From: Opitutaceae bacterium
GTDB taxonomy: Bacteria; Verrucomicrobiota; Verrucomicrobiia; Opitutales; Coraliomargaritaceae
Reading direction: 5' to 3'
DNA: 64,000 nt
NCBI GenBank assembly: GCA_051252375.1
Contig: JBPOFY010000001.1
Span: forward strand, 1-64,000
Below are positions 22,939 through 33,611 of the stretch, in pieces. Every line of letters begins with the position of its first letter. The first letter of the stretch is position 1. The notes beneath the pieces were generated by a model. That model searched no databases, was not told the DNA's origin, and worked only from the letters and a program-made list of their open reading frames with translations. A program made the translations under genes and the position numbers.

Positions 22939-23544
22939 TTATTGAGCGATGGGGATGAAGATGGTTTGCCCGACCTGGAGGTCTTTTGCCGGATTGGCAA
23001 TTTTGTTGGCGTTCTGAATATACTTAACAGTGGAGCCATGCGCACGAGCGATACCGCTCAGCGTGTCTCCAGAACGAACTACGTAAGGTTTTCCCGTCTT
23101 GGGGTAATCTTCGGAAAAATGCACTGGCGTCACCACATTCGGCTGACTGCCCACAGCATTCGCGACCGTGTTCAAAGCACCTTGAGTCTCCTTTGCCAAG
23201 GCATCGATCTGGCGAGTTACCTCGGCGATGATTTGCTGCTTTTGCGCTTCATCCGCCTGACGATATTCGCGACGCAAGGCTTCGATCGCGGACGAAAGAT
23301 TAGAAATTTGATTCTCAGTGCTGCGATTCGAAGTCGCTGCCGCCACTTGCGCGCGCAATTTCACATTTTCACGCTGAATTTCTTCAATCTCCAAGCGCAG
23401 CGTCTTTAACTGCTGGGCGATTAAGGTCACGTCCTGATTCAAGTTAGCCACAGCCACCCGCACATCAGACTGAGCAGAAACAGGTTGAGTGAGTATGAGA
23501 GTTCCTGATAAAAGAAAAAGTAGCGTCAACAATGGCTTGATCAT
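22939..23544 (-). CDS. Secreted coiled-coil protein with C-terminal LysM domain
   Basis: Signal peptide; [13 protein letters not shown]...[10 protein letters not shown]; likely ATG at 23544. Confidence 0.9.
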   Translation of the reverse strand: MIKPLLTLLFLLSGTLILTQPVSAQSDVRVAVANLNQDVTLIAQQLKTLRLEIEEIQRENVKLRAQVAAATSNRSTENQISNLSSAIEALRREYRQADEAQKQQIIAEVTRQIDALAKETQGALNTVANAVGSQPNVVTPVHFSEDYPKTGKPYVVRSGDTLSGIARAHGSTVKYIQNANKIANPAKDLQVGQTIFIPIAQ

Positions 23545-23623
23545 AATAGTTATCGAAGATTCAACCGCACCGGCAAAAGTCAAAGCAAGAAGTCAACGTA
23601 TCCACCCGACAGTTCCCTATTTT

Positions 23624-24202
23624 ATGGCTAAACTCTACTTTTATTACTCCGCGATGAACGCTGGCAAAAGCACTGCCCTGCTACAATCGAGCCACAATTA
23701 TCAAGAACGTGGTATGCAGACTCTACTCCTCACGCCAGAGATCGACCAACGCGCCGGAGCAGACAAGATCGCATCTCGCATCGGACTCACCGCAGACGCC
23801 ATCACCTTCAAACCAGACGAAAACCTGTTTTCGGTGGTCTGTGCCGCGCACGAAGCCGAGCCCATTGCCTGCGTGCTCATCGACGAAGCACAATTCCTCA
23901 ACCGCCAACAAGTCGAGCAACTCAGCCAAGTTTGCGACGAGATCGGCATCCCCGTGCTTTGCTACGGGCTACGCACGGACTTCCAGGGCAACCTATTTAC
24001 CGGCAGCGCCGCCCTACTCGGCTGGGCCGACAACCTGATCGAATTGAAAGCCATTTGTTACTGTGGTCGCAAAGCCACCATGAACCTCCGCCAAGGCCCG
24101 GACGGCAAAGCGATCAAAGAAGGTGAACAAGTCGAGATCGGTGGCAACGAGCGCTACGTCGCCATGTGCCGCAGGCACTTCCGCCAAGCGATGCAGCCCT
24201 AA
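23624..24202 (+). CDS. tdk: Thymidine kinase
   Basis: [23 protein letters not shown] and CYCG...YVAMCRRH motifs. Confidence 0.97.
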   Translation: MAKLYFYYSAMNAGKSTALLQSSHNYQERGMQTLLLTPEIDQRAGADKIASRIGLTADAITFKPDENLFSVVCAAHEAEPIACVLIDEAQFLNRQQVEQLSQVCDEIGIPVLCYGLRTDFQGNLFTGSAALLGWADNLIELKAICYCGRKATMNLRQGPDGKAIKEGEQVEIGGNERYVAMCRRHFRQAMQP

Positions 24203-24292
24203 AATCGTAGTCGCTATCGTAATCGTTATCGTAATTAGCGTCTTCCATAGTAGATTTCCGACAACGATTACGACAACGACTACGTTAACGAA
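24203..24292. repeat. Inverted hexamer arrays (atcgt./acga..) able to form a hairpin
   Basis: atcgtagtcgctatcgtaatcgtt ... aacgattacgacaacgactacg. Confidence 0.75.
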
Positions 24293-24299
24293 TAAAACA

Positions 24300-25142
24300 A
24301 TGAACGAATACGCTCTCATCGACAGCGGCCACGGCCGTAAATTGGAACGCTTTGGCGAAATCACACTCGACCGCCCTTGTGCGCAAGCCGTGTGGAGTCC
24401 CGCCCGCCCGCAGCTTTGGAAACAAGCCGACGCCTCGTTCACCCGTAAAGATGGACTCCAATGGAAAGGTCGTGAGCAGCTACCCGATGTCTGGCACGCC
24501 ACGGTGAACGATATCAAGATGAAGCTCTCCACCACGGATTTCGGTCACCTCGGCGTTTTCCCCGAGACCCGCGACATGTGGGACTGGATCACGCGCACGC
24601 TCGCAGCCGAAGCCCCCAAGCGTAAAGAGCCGCTCAAATTCCTCAATCTCTTCGCCTACTCAGGCGGTGCAACACTCGCGGGTGCACGTGGTGGCGCGAC
24701 CTGCTGCCACGTCGATGCCTCCAAAGGCATGGTGCAATGGGCACGTGAGAACGCAGCCCTCAACGGACTGACCGACCACCCGATTCGCTGGATCGTCGAC
24801 GACTGCAATAAATTTCTCCAACGCGAGATCAAACGCGGCAACCGCTACGATGGCATCCTCCTCGACCCGCCCTCCTTCGGACGCGGCAAAGGCGGCGAAC
24901 TCTACAAGATCGAGCAAGCACTCCTCGACACCCTCAAACTCGTCAAAGGCGTGCTCAGCGACAAACCTAGCTTCGTCTACCTGACTAGCCACACACCTGG
25001 CTTCACCCCGATCGTGCTCAACAACCTACTCCGCCAACTCATATCTGGTGGAAAAGTCGAAGACGGCGAAATGCTCCTCACCGGCGAACCCGAAGCCCTC
25101 CCAGTCCCCAGCGGCACCTGGGCGCGCTGGACGTCCAAGTAA
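24300..25142 (+). CDS. Class I SAM-dependent methyltransferase (RlmI-like family)
   Basis: [22 protein letters not shown] and [11 protein letters not shown] motifs. Confidence 0.9.
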   Translation: MNEYALIDSGHGRKLERFGEITLDRPCAQAVWSPARPQLWKQADASFTRKDGLQWKGREQLPDVWHATVNDIKMKLSTTDFGHLGVFPETRDMWDWITRTLAAEAPKRKEPLKFLNLFAYSGGATLAGARGGATCCHVDASKGMVQWARENAALNGLTDHPIRWIVDDCNKFLQREIKRGNRYDGILLDPPSFGRGKGGELYKIEQALLDTLKLVKGVLSDKPSFVYLTSHTPGFTPIVLNNLLRQLISGGKVEDGEMLLTGEPEALPVPSGTWARWTSK

Positions 25143-25165
25143 GGAAAGGGAATAATCCCCTCACA

Positions 25166-25858
25166 TCAATGAGACGATTCATCAGAATCGACTACTGACG
25201 CATAATCCAAGGCTGCTGGCACAGCGAACGTATCGCGGACCCATAGCCTCACTGCTAATTTGTAGGAGAGATAAGCCACCAGGATCGGCCCAAAGGTCTG
25301 AATCGAGAGCAAGATGTCATTCGCCTCACTTTCTCTACTAGGATCCCCAAAGGCATTGGATAAAGTCATCCAAAGAAAGACAGCGAGGATCTGATAGCAA
25401 CCGCGTCCGATAAATTCACCTTTCAGCGGAACCACATTGGAGGCCTCCATCACCCACCTCGAGAGCCGAGCATAAACAGGCAAGACCAGTGCGACTGAAA
25501 CAAAAACCACAATGCCAAATGAGAAGCCATTCCCCCACTCGCCCCATGCCATTGTGAACAAACTCGAAATACCAAACACGAGAAAGCAGGCACTCAAACT
25601 CACTAATAAACCCATTGCATTTTTAATCGATGAACGTGTCGGCTTCTGACGAAACAATCGAAGACCACACACGATTAGAAGAATCCCCGGAGTCGCGAAG
25701 GCCAAAGACATCGCTAGCCGCAGCACCGCATCCACCCAATCATCCGACTTCGGCAAATCGAATATAACAGGCTGTAAAAGCAACAGATAGACCCAAGCAG
25801 CCCCGACAAAAATGCCTACGACACTGAACTTCTGCGCCGATGTATAGCGACTTAACAT
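25166..25858 (-). CDS. Hypothetical multi-pass membrane protein
   Basis: About six hydrophobic segments; start uncertain (25858 or 25894). Confidence 0.7.
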   Translation of the reverse strand: MLSRYTSAQKFSVVGIFVGAAWVYLLLLQPVIFDLPKSDDWVDAVLRLAMSLAFATPGILLIVCGLRLFRQKPTRSSIKNAMGLLVSLSACFLVFGISSLFTMAWGEWGNGFSFGIVVFVSVALVLPVYARLSRWVMEASNVVPLKGEFIGRGCYQILAVFLWMTLSNAFGDPSRESEANDILLSIQTFGPILVAYLSYKLAVRLWVRDTFAVPAALDYASVVDSDESSH

Positions 25859-25906
25859 GATAGAACTATGCGCAACCTCTCGCGGGACTGGCAACAGCTA
25901 TTCGGA

Positions 25907-27727
25907 TCAATGACTTGAAGCATCGCCCGAGCCCTTCGGGATGTGGATCGACTCGACCATATCTTGAACTTCCTGCGGCGGTGCCGGCGTGAACGCACTG
26001 ACTAAAAATGCGACTGCGAAGTTGATCAACATCCCGATGAAACCGATTCCTTCCGGAGTGATGCCGAGCAAATATTGATCCGGCGTGCCATCCAAGAATT
26101 GGAAGTAGGTAATATATCCGAATGTGAAAAGGATACCACAAAGCATGCCAGCGATCGCACCTTCACGATTCATGCGCTTCGAAAAGATACCCATGAGTAG
26201 CGTCGGGAAGAACGAAGATGCTGCGAGCCCGAAAGCAAATGCCACCGTCTTAGCAATAAATTGAGACGGCGGATTAATGCCAAAGTAAACCGCCACGGCC
26301 AGTGCTACGAATGAAGCAACACGAGCGTAACTCACCTCTTCCTTATCACTCAAATCCGGCTTCAGGATCTTCTTCATCAAATCGTGAGAGATCGATGTGG
26401 ACAGGACCAAGAGCAATCCGGCAGCCGTAGAGAGCGCCGCTGCGATACACCCTGCCATGAGCAGGGCAATCACCCACTTCGGCAAACCAGCCATATGAGG
26501 ATTCGCCATCACCATGATGTCATTACCGAACCAAAGTTCATTCGGGTTGGAATCATCCGCCTTATTGGCGAGCAGGCGCTCACCGTATTTACCGATCAAT
26601 TGACCTTCAGTCGCATCAAATTCCGGATAGCTGGGCGCCTTACCCAGAAAGACGCTATTCTTTCCAGTATCCGATTTTCCGGGACCGTAGTATTGAATCT
26701 TACCGTCTCCATTCTTATCGACCCAAGCCATCTGCCCCGTCGCCTCAAACTCCTGCAACCAATATGGAGCTTCCTCGTAAGACGTATTATGCAACTTCTC
26801 AATCAGGTTCACCCGAGCAAAGGCACCAATAGCCGGAGCGGTGAGGTAGATCACCGCGATAAAAAGCAAAGTCCAACAAGCCGACTTACGCACCGCGCCG
26901 ACATTCTTAACAGTAAAGAAACGCACAATCACGTGCGGCAATCCAGCCGTGCCACACATCAGCGCGGCCGTGATACAAAACATGTTCATGGTCGACATCT
27001 TACCCGCCGTATACTCGGCAAAACCGAGTTCCTGGTTGATGTTATTTAACTTCTCCAGAAATGGCACACTCTCGCCGCCCGCGGTGTAGTTTCCAATTAT
27101 ACCAAGTTGGGGAAGCACATTACCCGTCAAAGCCATCGCGATAAAAATCGCGGGAATCGTGTAGGCAAACGCCATCACACAATACTGCGCGACCTGCGTG
27201 TAAGTGATGCCTTTCATACCACCAAGACCCGCGTAGAAGAAGACGATCGTTCCACCGATAATAACACCAGAGGTGATACTGATCCCAAATAGCTGGGAGA
27301 AAACCACTCCCACACCACGCATTTGCCCCATGATATAAGTCATGCAGATAAAGATCGCGCAACCCACCGCCACGGCGCGAGCTAGCTTCGAGTAGTAGCG
27401 ATCACCGATAAAGTCTGGCACCGTCGCCTTGTTGAACTTCCGCAGATACGGCACCATCAGAATCGTCAACAAAACGAAACCACCGGTCCACCCCATCAAG
27501 AAGCGCGAAGCGTCATAGCCGCTAATCGCAACCGTGCCGGCCATCGAAATAAAGGTCGCCGCCGACATCCAGTCGGCCGCTGTCGCCATACCGTTGGCAA
27601 AAGGCGAAACGCCCCCACCCGCCGTGTAATATTCCTTAGTCGAGCCTGCTCGTGATTTAATCGCAATGCCAATGTAGATCGCGAAAGTAATGCCAATAAA
27701 AATGAAATTTAAATTATCTTGTGTCAT
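25907..27727 (-). CDS. Sodium:solute symporter (ActP-like cation/acetate symporter)
   Basis: [29 protein letters not shown] and [15 protein letters not shown] motifs. Confidence 0.95.
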   Translation of the reverse strand: MTQDNLNFIFIGITFAIYIGIAIKSRAGSTKEYYTAGGGVSPFANGMATAADWMSAATFISMAGTVAISGYDASRFLMGWTGGFVLLTILMVPYLRKFNKATVPDFIGDRYYSKLARAVAVGCAIFICMTYIMGQMRGVGVVFSQLFGISITSGVIIGGTIVFFYAGLGGMKGITYTQVAQYCVMAFAYTIPAIFIAMALTGNVLPQLGIIGNYTAGGESVPFLEKLNNINQELGFAEYTAGKMSTMNMFCITAALMCGTAGLPHVIVRFFTVKNVGAVRKSACWTLLFIAVIYLTAPAIGAFARVNLIEKLHNTSYEEAPYWLQEFEATGQMAWVDKNGDGKIQYYGPGKSDTGKNSVFLGKAPSYPEFDATEGQLIGKYGERLLANKADDSNPNELWFGNDIMVMANPHMAGLPKWVIALLMAGCIAAALSTAAGLLLVLSTSISHDLMKKILKPDLSDKEEVSYARVASFVALAVAVYFGINPPSQFIAKTVAFAFGLAASSFFPTLLMGIFSKRMNREGAIAGMLCGILFTFGYITYFQFLDGTPDQYLLGITPEGIGFIGMLINFAVAFLVSAFTPAPPQEVQDMVESIHIPKGSGDASSH

Positions 27728-27738
27728 AATGCGTGCCC

Positions 27739-28005
27739 TTACTTTCCTTCTGAATAACCGTGTTTAGCATCAAGCCGATTCATCAGCACGGCATACACAA
27801 CCAGCAGCACGACGAAAACAATGATCGCGCCCTGTTGCGCCATCCAGAAACCAAAGGGTGCATTGCCTATTTGAGGCGCATTCGCGTCCAGCCAGTCGCG
27901 AAAAAGAATCGCGCAGCCATAGCTGACGGAAAACCAAACAATCAAAAGACTGCAAACTATACGAAGACAAGCGCTGCGATGCGCTTTAGCGTGATCAACT
28001 TCCAT
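27739..28005 (-). CDS. DUF4212 small symporter-associated membrane protein
   Basis: IVWFSVSYG...[12 protein letters not shown]; directly upstream of the symporter. Confidence 0.9.
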   Translation of the reverse strand: MEVDHAKAHRSACLRIVCSLLIVWFSVSYGCAILFRDWLDANAPQIGNAPFGFWMAQQGAIIVFVVLLVVYAVLMNRLDAKHGYSEGK

Positions 28006-28115
28006 GGTAGTATCTGTTGGGGTGAGTAGAAAGGTAGGTCGCCCATAAAGAGGCAGTTGATAGAAGAAAGCAAGCGGTCAATCCCCGCCCTTCAACCCGG
28101 ATCATGCAAACGGGT

Positions 28116-30350
28116 TTAACTCTTCGCAAATAGCAGTCGCAAACTATTCAAACACACCACCACCGTGCTGCCCTCATGCGCAAAGACACCAATACTCAAT
28201 GGTATCCAACCGAGAATCGCAGCACCCGCCATCAGCACCACGGTGCCTAAGGCGATGGCTAAATTCTGGCGTATAATCGTGCGTGCGCGATTACTCAAGG
28301 CGGTTGCCGCTAGGAAATTATCTATACGGTCATGCATCAGCACGACTTCGCTCTGCTCCAGTGCCGCATCGCTCCCCCGAGCACCCATCGCCACCGACAC
28401 ATAAGCCGCCGCCAAACAAGGCGCGTCATTCACACCGTCTCCAACCATAGCGACTTTGTATCCGGATTTCGAATACTCCTGTATCGCGGCAACCTTATCT
28501 TCCGGCTTCAGCCCCGCACGCACTTCGTCAATCCCGATCGCGCTACCGACCGACTCCGCCGCACCGCGACGGTCTCCGGTCAACATCACCGTGCGGATAC
28601 CCATCGCACGCAGCTTCTCCAAAATCGGCTTCGACTCTGTGCGAATCTGATCCTTCAACAAAATACGAGCGATCAAGTCGTCTTTAAAAATCCAGTTCTC
28701 GGTGAACTCAGTTGATGGTTCGGGCACATCTTTTATCCACTCCGCCAAAGGTCCCTCCTCCAGCAACTCACGACGGCCGAGCACGCACAAGGTTTCGCCA
28801 TCGCGCCCCTGCACACCCTGCCCGCTCATGGCTTGAAAATCATCGATATCGCGCAGCGCATAACCCTGCGACTTACCATACTTCTGTATCGCGCGACCGA
28901 TGGGGTGCGATCCGTGCGACTCCAACGAATAAGCCAACTCCGCGGCCTCCTGCTCACGCCCAGGCGGAAAGCTCTCAATTGAGTCCACTTCCATTTCACC
29001 TGTCGTCAAAGTGCCCGTCTTATCCAAGGCTACCAAATCCACCTCAGCGAGCTTCTCAATCGCCGCACCGCCACGAAACAAAATACCATGCCGCGCGCCC
29101 CAAGCGATCGCCGCCAAAATAGCCGATGGAATCGAAAGCACCAAGGCACATGGACTCGCCACCACCAACAATGTCATCGCACGATAAAACGCAGAAAAGC
29201 CTTCTTCAGAGTTGGTGAAAGGACGAATATCAAAGCCCAGCCACCAGACAAAAAACATCCCCGCTGTCAGCGAAAGAATCCCGATCGTATAGCCGGTGCC
29301 AAACTTATCGGTGAAGCGTTGACTCGGCGCTTTCAAATGTTGCGCGTCACGAATCAAGCGAATGACTTTCTGCAAAGCACTCTCTCCCGCCGGTCGCAAG
29401 ACACGAGCATCCACCGCACCCCAAAGATTCATCGTGCCACTATACACTTCATCTCCGGGCAACTTTGATACCGGATTGGCTTCCCCAGTTAAATTCGATT
29501 CATCGGCCGCACTCTTACCTTCAATGACCTCGGCATCCACCGGAAACAAGGCACCGGGTTTTACACGGACCAAGTCGCCGACTTCCACCAAATCAACCGA
29601 CACTTGTCTTTCATTACCCGACGCATCGACCACGGTTGCTGTCTTTGGCGCAGCATCAAACAAACTATCAATTTCACTGCGCGTGCGATGCAGCGCAAAA
29701 GCTTCTAGCGCAGCCGAAAAGGAAAAAAGAAAAAGCAACAAGGCGCCTTCCGCCCATGCACCAATCGAAGCCGCACCGACGGCGACTGCCAACATTAGAA
29801 AATGAATGTCCAGCTCTCCTTTCGGCAGGCCCTCCTTCACATCGCCGATGGCATCCCAACCACCGGCAAGCATCGCACCAACATACAATGCAATCGGCAC
29901 CCATGCTGGTGCCGCTCCAGCAATATCCATCCCCCAGCCAGCGACACCGAGCAAGGCACAGATACCAGCGAGCACTCCCAGCACACGCCAATCCTCATGC
30001 TCCTCTTCGTCCGAATCGGCGTCCATCTCGGGCCAGTCCATCTCGCGCCAGCTCCACAGTCTTGGTGCCGTCAAGCAGGTCGGCTTTTGCAATCGCAGCG
30101 CACCATCTTCAGTGGTTTCAATCGCGACGCCCACCGACGCCTCTGCGGCGCTCCCAGCCTCAATCAATCGAATGGTTTCAGCCAATCGAGCACGTAGGGC
30201 ATCCATATCTACCGGCCCCATGGTCGCGATCTCGACCCGTTGATTCGCCGAATCAACTCGCATCGCTTCGACTGATTCATTCGCCTGCAAAAAAGCAGCC
30301 AATCCCAGTGCCCAATCTTTGCCCGCCCCATGATGATCTTCTGTAGCCAT
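28116..30350 (-). CDS. Heavy-metal P-type ATPase, P1B-4 subtype
   Basis: ESNLTGE, SPC metal motif, DKTGT, GDGVNDAP and HEGST. Confidence 0.95.
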   Translation of the reverse strand: MATEDHHGAGKDWALGLAAFLQANESVEAMRVDSANQRVEIATMGPVDMDALRARLAETIRLIEAGSAAEASVGVAIETTEDGALRLQKPTCLTAPRLWSWREMDWPEMDADSDEEEHEDWRVLGVLAGICALLGVAGWGMDIAGAAPAWVPIALYVGAMLAGGWDAIGDVKEGLPKGELDIHFLMLAVAVGAASIGAWAEGALLLFLFSFSAALEAFALHRTRSEIDSLFDAAPKTATVVDASGNERQVSVDLVEVGDLVRVKPGALFPVDAEVIEGKSAADESNLTGEANPVSKLPGDEVYSGTMNLWGAVDARVLRPAGESALQKVIRLIRDAQHLKAPSQRFTDKFGTGYTIGILSLTAGMFFVWWLGFDIRPFTNSEEGFSAFYRAMTLLVVASPCALVLSIPSAILAAIAWGARHGILFRGGAAIEKLAEVDLVALDKTGTLTTGEMEVDSIESFPPGREQEAAELAYSLESHGSHPIGRAIQKYGKSQGYALRDIDDFQAMSGQGVQGRDGETLCVLGRRELLEEGPLAEWIKDVPEPSTEFTENWIFKDDLIARILLKDQIRTESKPILEKLRAMGIRTVMLTGDRRGAAESVGSAIGIDEVRAGLKPEDKVAAIQEYSKSGYKVAMVGDGVNDAPCLAAAYVSVAMGARGSDAALEQSEVVLMHDRIDNFLAATALSNRARTIIRQNLAIALGTVVLMAGAAILGWIPLSIGVFAHEGSTVVVCLNSLRLLFAKS

Positions 30351-30355
30351 TCTAC

Positions 30356-30374
30356 ATTTAGAACTATTCTAAAT
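30356..30374. promoter_or_regulatory. Fur/PerR-type 9-1-9 inverted repeat ATTTAGAACTATTCTAAAT
   Basis: Palindrome 5 bp upstream of the ATPase start codon. Confidence 0.65.
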
Positions 30375-30423
30375 AAGTAAATTCGCAAGTGGCAAATCCC
30401 ACTAATGCAGTAGTTCTTCGAAC

Positions 30424-30453
30424 AAAAAAACCGATGCTCGAAACATCGGTTTT
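30424..30453 (-). terminator. Intrinsic terminator
   Basis: aaaaccgatg-ctcgaaa-catcggtttt, downstream of the 30476-30790 ORF. Confidence 0.8.
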
Positions 30454-30475
30454 GATGAGCCCACTGAGGGCTAAA

Positions 30476-30790
30476 TTATGCTGCCGTTTGCGTGAAGGTC
30501 TCAATCACTGAGTTAAACCCAAATTCACAGGCAGCTGCGACAGCACCCGCGGCCTGCAAGTTTTCACTTTCAGGAATGGCTTGGATACGAACCGTAAGTT
30601 GATTCAGCACCTCCCCTCCTTGCTCAATGAACAGTGTCACATGCGGCGTTGATTCCAACTTACGAACGTAACGTTTGAAAACATCCAATCCGGTTTGGCC
30701 TCGAAACTGAAAAGATCGCTGAATCACAAGAACCCCATCACAAAGTTCGACTGCCCAATTGGCAAAGGCTTCAGCATTTCCAGTATTCAT
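30476..30790 (-). CDS. Hypothetical protein (104 aa)
   Basis: ATG preceded by an AAGGAG Shine-Dalgarno sequence and followed by a terminator. Confidence 0.75.
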   Translation of the reverse strand: MNTGNAEAFANWAVELCDGVLVIQRSFQFRGQTGLDVFKRYVRKLESTPHVTLFIEQGGEVLNQLTVRIQAIPESENLQAAGAVAAACEFGFNSVIETFTQTAA

Positions 30791-30938
30791 ATTTGGCTCC
30801 TTCTATTGTATTTCTAGTTAATGTTAAGACCGCTCTATGGCGGTATTTATACATTAACAGTTTACATGCCAATTACTGTGCATGTGCAGAGTATGCACAT
30901 GATTTTTGCCTAACTAAGCCCGCGTTTCATAAGTCCGA

Positions 30939-31520
30939 TTAATGCAACAGCGTATGTATATCGACGACATTCATACCTGCCTGCTGCGCAGCTTTTATAC
31001 CGAGAGCGGTATCCTCAAATGCATGGCAACGCTTCGGATCCACGCCAATCAGCTCAGCTGCTTTTAGATAGACGTCGGGTGCAGGTTTCGGATTGGGCAC
31101 GCACTCCGCTCCGACCACTGCGCCAAACCAATCACGCATGCCCAAAGTCTTGAGGATTTTCTCTGCCACCCACTTCGGGCTACCCGTCGCGACTGCCATT
31201 GGCATCTTCGCTCGGTGAAACTCTGCAATCGCTTTAACCGGCACTACCGGGCGCACATCGACTAACAGCTCCATAAAAAGCGATTCTTTAGCCTCCGCGA
31301 TAGCCACCGCATCCACCGCCAAGCCCTGCTCCTTAGCGAGCATATCTATGATCACATCTGCTGGCACACCGCCGAGCGCATAGAAGCGATCTTCGGGGAA
31401 ATCGATCCCATGCTCTGCCATTGAACGCGACCATGCCGTAAAATGTGTCGGCATGGTATCAGCTAAGGTGCCGTCCATATCGAAGACCAAGCCATCATAA
31501 TGGTGGTGTAAATTTTCCAT
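30939..31520 (-). CDS. HAD-superfamily phosphatase (YqaB/beta-PGM-like)
   Basis: FDMDGTLADT, KPAPD and FEDT..G motifs; likely ATG at 31520. Confidence 0.93.
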   Translation of the reverse strand: MENLHHHYDGLVFDMDGTLADTMPTHFTAWSRSMAEHGIDFPEDRFYALGGVPADVIIDMLAKEQGLAVDAVAIAEAKESLFMELLVDVRPVVPVKAIAEFHRAKMPMAVATGSPKWVAEKILKTLGMRDWFGAVVGAECVPNPKPAPDVYLKAAELIGVDPKRCHAFEDTALGIKAAQQAGMNVVDIHTLLH

Positions 31521-31606
31521 AAGTAGTCCAACAAGATAGCTATACACTCAGGAGGCAAGGGCTTCTCGCTCTTTGCGCTAAATTTAACCTAAACTTCAAA
31601 TATACC

Positions 31607-31687
31607 GTAGGGGTGTTGCTTGCGACACCCGCGAATGGAGTTGAGGCTCCACAAGCGTTGCCCGGTCTTCGCAAGCAAAGCCCCTAC
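31607..31687. repeat. Inverted REP-like pair, family C (GTAGGGG...TGCTTGCG...)
   Basis: 31607-31630 and 31664-31687 (reverse). Confidence 0.75.
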
Positions 31688-31812
31688 GTTGGAGTCGCAA
31701 AATGCCACGATCTAGTTTTCCATAAATCATGATAACCGGCAATATAACTACAAAAGCGGCCACAATACCATTTTCAGCTTTTCAGCCTAGGCAATCCATC
31801 CATGCTGCCCCT

Positions 31813-32385
31813 ATGGACACACAGCAAAACGACGAAGTCATCCAAATCTTTCGCGATAGCGGCGCTCTCTTAGAAGGCCACTTCCTTCTCCGCTCTGGAC
31901 TGCATAGCGCGCACTTCTTTCAGTGCGCCCAAGTCTGCCAATACATGGACAAGGTGACTCGCCTCGCCGAGATCATGCTCCCTATGCTCAAAGAATACGG
32001 TGCCACCACAGTAGTCGGCCCCGCAATGGGAGGCCTGGTGATCGGGCAAGAGGTTGCACGCCAGTTGGGCCTACGCTTTGTTTTTCTTGAGAAGGTAGAC
32101 GACAAGTTGGCGCTACGCCGGAACTTCAAATTCGCTCCCGATGAGAAGGTTTTAATCATCGAGGACGTCATCACACGTGGTGGCCGCGTGCTCGAAGCGC
32201 TGGAGCAATGCCGCGCGCATGGCGCTAATCCCGTGGCAGTCGGGGTGATCGTGGATCGCAGTGCCGGTAAAACCACTTTTGACGTGCCACACCATAGTCT
32301 CGCCGAGCTCAGCTTCCCCACCTACCCTGCCGACCAACTGCCCCCCGAACTGCAAGGCTCTGAAGCCACCAAGCCCGGCAGCTAA
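31813..32385 (+). CDS. pyrE: Orotate phosphoribosyltransferase
   Basis: GALLEGHFLLRSGLHS, GPAMGG, IIEDVITRGG and C-terminal KPGS. Confidence 0.95.
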   Translation: MDTQQNDEVIQIFRDSGALLEGHFLLRSGLHSAHFFQCAQVCQYMDKVTRLAEIMLPMLKEYGATTVVGPAMGGLVIGQEVARQLGLRFVFLEKVDDKLALRRNFKFAPDEKVLIIEDVITRGGRVLEALEQCRAHGANPVAVGVIVDRSAGKTTFDVPHHSLAELSFPTYPADQLPPELQGSEATKPGS

Positions 32386-32497
32386 GCTCCATTGGCGACT
32401 GAACCAGCAGCCAACTGCGTTGCGCTTATTCATAAAAGTGACGAACGAAAGCTGTTTGCGATTTGCAATCTATCGAGAGAAGAACTATACAAAAACC

Positions 32498-32716
32498 ATG
32501 AAAAATTTGCTACCACTGATTGCTTCCACTTTTTGCGTGACACAAATCGCCAGTGCGCACCCAACAGGTCACACTGAGAGCATCATTGATACGGTTCGAC
32601 ACGTCGTCAGCCAACCAGATCATTTCATCGCCATCGCTTTAATGGCAGCTGTCTCAGGACTCGCGTTATGGAAACTTGCGACCAGCCGTAAGCAGGCGAA
32701 GTGCAAAAGCGAGTAA
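32498..32716 (+). CDS. Small His-containing membrane protein resembling the HupE/UreJ N-terminus
   Basis: Signal peptide, AHPTGH, H-x5-DH (HVVSQPDH) and one TM helix; TTGCAA-17-TATACA promoter-like sequence just upstream. Confidence 0.7.
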   Translation: MKNLLPLIASTFCVTQIASAHPTGHTESIIDTVRHVVSQPDHFIAIALMAAVSGLALWKLATSRKQAKCKSE

Positions 32717-32729
32717 GTGGCACTAACAA

Positions 32730-33536
32730 CTAGTTTGCCTGCACACCAATCGCTCGATTGAGCTTTCCGGAAACGAAGCCCTCTTCATCGAACTCGACGG
32801 TTTCAAAACCTATCTCGATTAAAGCGGCCCGTAGCACATCTTGCTTAAGGTTTAGTTCGGCCACATCTTCGGATGGCACCTCGACCTTGGCGCGATCACC
32901 AAAGTGTCGCACACGATTAATCGGAAAACCGGCTGCTTTAACCGCCGCCTCGGCATCTTCAATCTGACGGAGTTTGGCCACCGTGATACGGTCACCATAA
33001 GGAACGCGTGACGATAAGCATGGGCTTGCAGGCTTATTCCAGCAATCCAACGCGAAATGCTCCGCAAGTTCACGCACGCCTTCTTTGGATATGCCGCAGT
33101 CGGCCAGAGGCGATCGCACCTGAAACTCATCCGCCGCTTTCAAGCCGGGACGATAATCACCAAAGTCATCGACATTCGTGCCATTCAACACCCACCAATC
33201 AGGAAACTCGGTGCGCAATCCCGCCAATTCATCGTAAAGCGTATGCTTACAGAAATAACAACGATTAGAGGGGTTGGAAAAGTAGTTCGGATTATCAATT
33301 TCTTGAGTCGTAATCACACGGAGCGGCAAATTGTGATTGAGCGCAAATTGCTTCGCTTCTTCTAGGTCTGACAGCTTCAGGCTAGGCGATGCAGAAATCA
33401 CCGCCAGCGCAGCATCAGCTCCGAGAAAATGTTGCGCTAGAAACGCAACAAGTGAACTATCCACACCACCCGAAAAAGCCACCAAGGCACCGGGGCAATC
33501 CCGAAACCAATCTTCTAGCTTTTGTAGTGACTCCAT
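32730..33536 (-). CDS. larE: ATP-dependent sulfur transferase LarE (NPN biosynthesis)
   Basis: AFSGGVDS, NRCYFCK, GTNVDDFGDYRPG and KPASPCLSSRVPYG motifs. Confidence 0.95.
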   Translation of the reverse strand: MESLQKLEDWFRDCPGALVAFSGGVDSSLVAFLAQHFLGADAALAVISASPSLKLSDLEEAKQFALNHNLPLRVITTQEIDNPNYFSNPSNRCYFCKHTLYDELAGLRTEFPDWWVLNGTNVDDFGDYRPGLKAADEFQVRSPLADCGISKEGVRELAEHFALDCWNKPASPCLSSRVPYGDRITVAKLRQIEDAEAAVKAAGFPINRVRHFGDRAKVEVPSEDVAELNLKQDVLRAALIEIGFETVEFDEEGFVSGKLNRAIGVQAN

Positions 33537-33611
33537 AGAGCAGTATCTTGCACCCCAATAAAGCGCTGTCAACTTGCACAAAGCAAAACGATCGCTATCT
33601 AAATAACAGCC

